From contig OZ316894.1 of the NCBI GenBank assembly GCA_973895155.1, positions 11,067,874 to 11,131,873 of the forward strand: 64,000 bases of DNA. The letters are read 5' to 3'. Below the pieces are notes generated by a model. That model had not been told where the DNA came from. It searched no databases and saw nothing but the letters and a program-made list of their open reading frames with translations. The position numbers and the translations under genes are program-made. Shown piece by piece: positions 63,488 to 64,000 of this stretch. The first letter of the stretch is position 1. Each line of letters starts with the position of its first letter. The stretch is from Marsupella aquatica (Eukaryota > Plantae > Marchantiophyta).

Positions 63488-64000
63488 TGTTGAGCATAGA
63501 CGACATTCGCAACTGCAAGCCCATGAACCATCCAACGCACAAGAGTTGACACAGAGAGATACGTGGTTCACCTCCACATGAGGCTACGTCCACGGGAACA
63601 CACAAGAGCTTTACTGCACTCTAGGCCGATCGGCGATACCAAGCATCCACAACGCAAGCTCTCCCTATCTCTCAACTAGCTCCGTAACAATGAGCCTAAG
63701 TTCCACTAGGGGCTGGCACCAGCCCTTGCAATATACACAATAGCACTACCGCTAACCTTAGCTAAGTCCTAACGCAAGTTAACCTAACTGTGGTTAGCTC
63801 ATGAGTCACAAGACTAAGAGCAATACCTAACAAAATCCCCCTTGACTCTTGTCTTGGGGATTGGACTAATTGCTACCATATGGAATCCTCAGTGGGAAGT
63901 TTTAGACAATCACCTAAACAGGTCTCCCCCTAAAAACCACAAGGGTTAACTAGAACTAAGCCGTAGCCAAACTAGAATGAGGAATCCATATACAAATAGT
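63488..64000 (-). mobile_element. 3' LTR (63488-63832), PPT and 3' UTR of another copia-type element running off the window
   Basis: TG...CA repeat homologous to the solo LTRs at 32655 and 40335; AAATCCCCCTTGAC (PPT, minus strand) follows. Confidence 0.82.

Overview
Eukaryotic plant DNA (probably a non-seed land plant; this is inferred from the element types) made almost entirely of nested transposable elements. No intact host gene was recognised. Left half: a minus-strand L1-type LINE is interrupted three times. The interrupting elements are the 3' end of a CACTA element (ends 2477), a chromovirus-type Ty3/gypsy element (2881-11017, TSD ATCTG, unusual AGT...ACT termini) and a 17-kb CACTA element (11338-28389, TSD TCT). 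Besides TnpD/TnpA, that CACTA carries ORFs for an EDM2-like PHD module, a tandem BRCT protein and an F-box-like protein. Middle (31-46 kb): solo LTRs, SINE-like inserts and tandem repeats. Right: a small non-autonomous CACTA (45851-62374) holds a Tnt1-like Ty1/copia element (46190-61389, TSD CAATG). The 5' LTR of that copia holds a 9.4-kb Ty3/gypsy element (51786-61153, TSD GCTA). This gypsy is the standout. It encodes a complete DNMT3-like cytosine-5 methyltransferase domain between protease and RT and a PHD finger after integrase. It has about 10 palindromes in its leader, and its ends are split direct repeats (A1...B1-A2-B2) rather than two equal LTRs. All domain calls are by-eye motif recognition; no database search was run.
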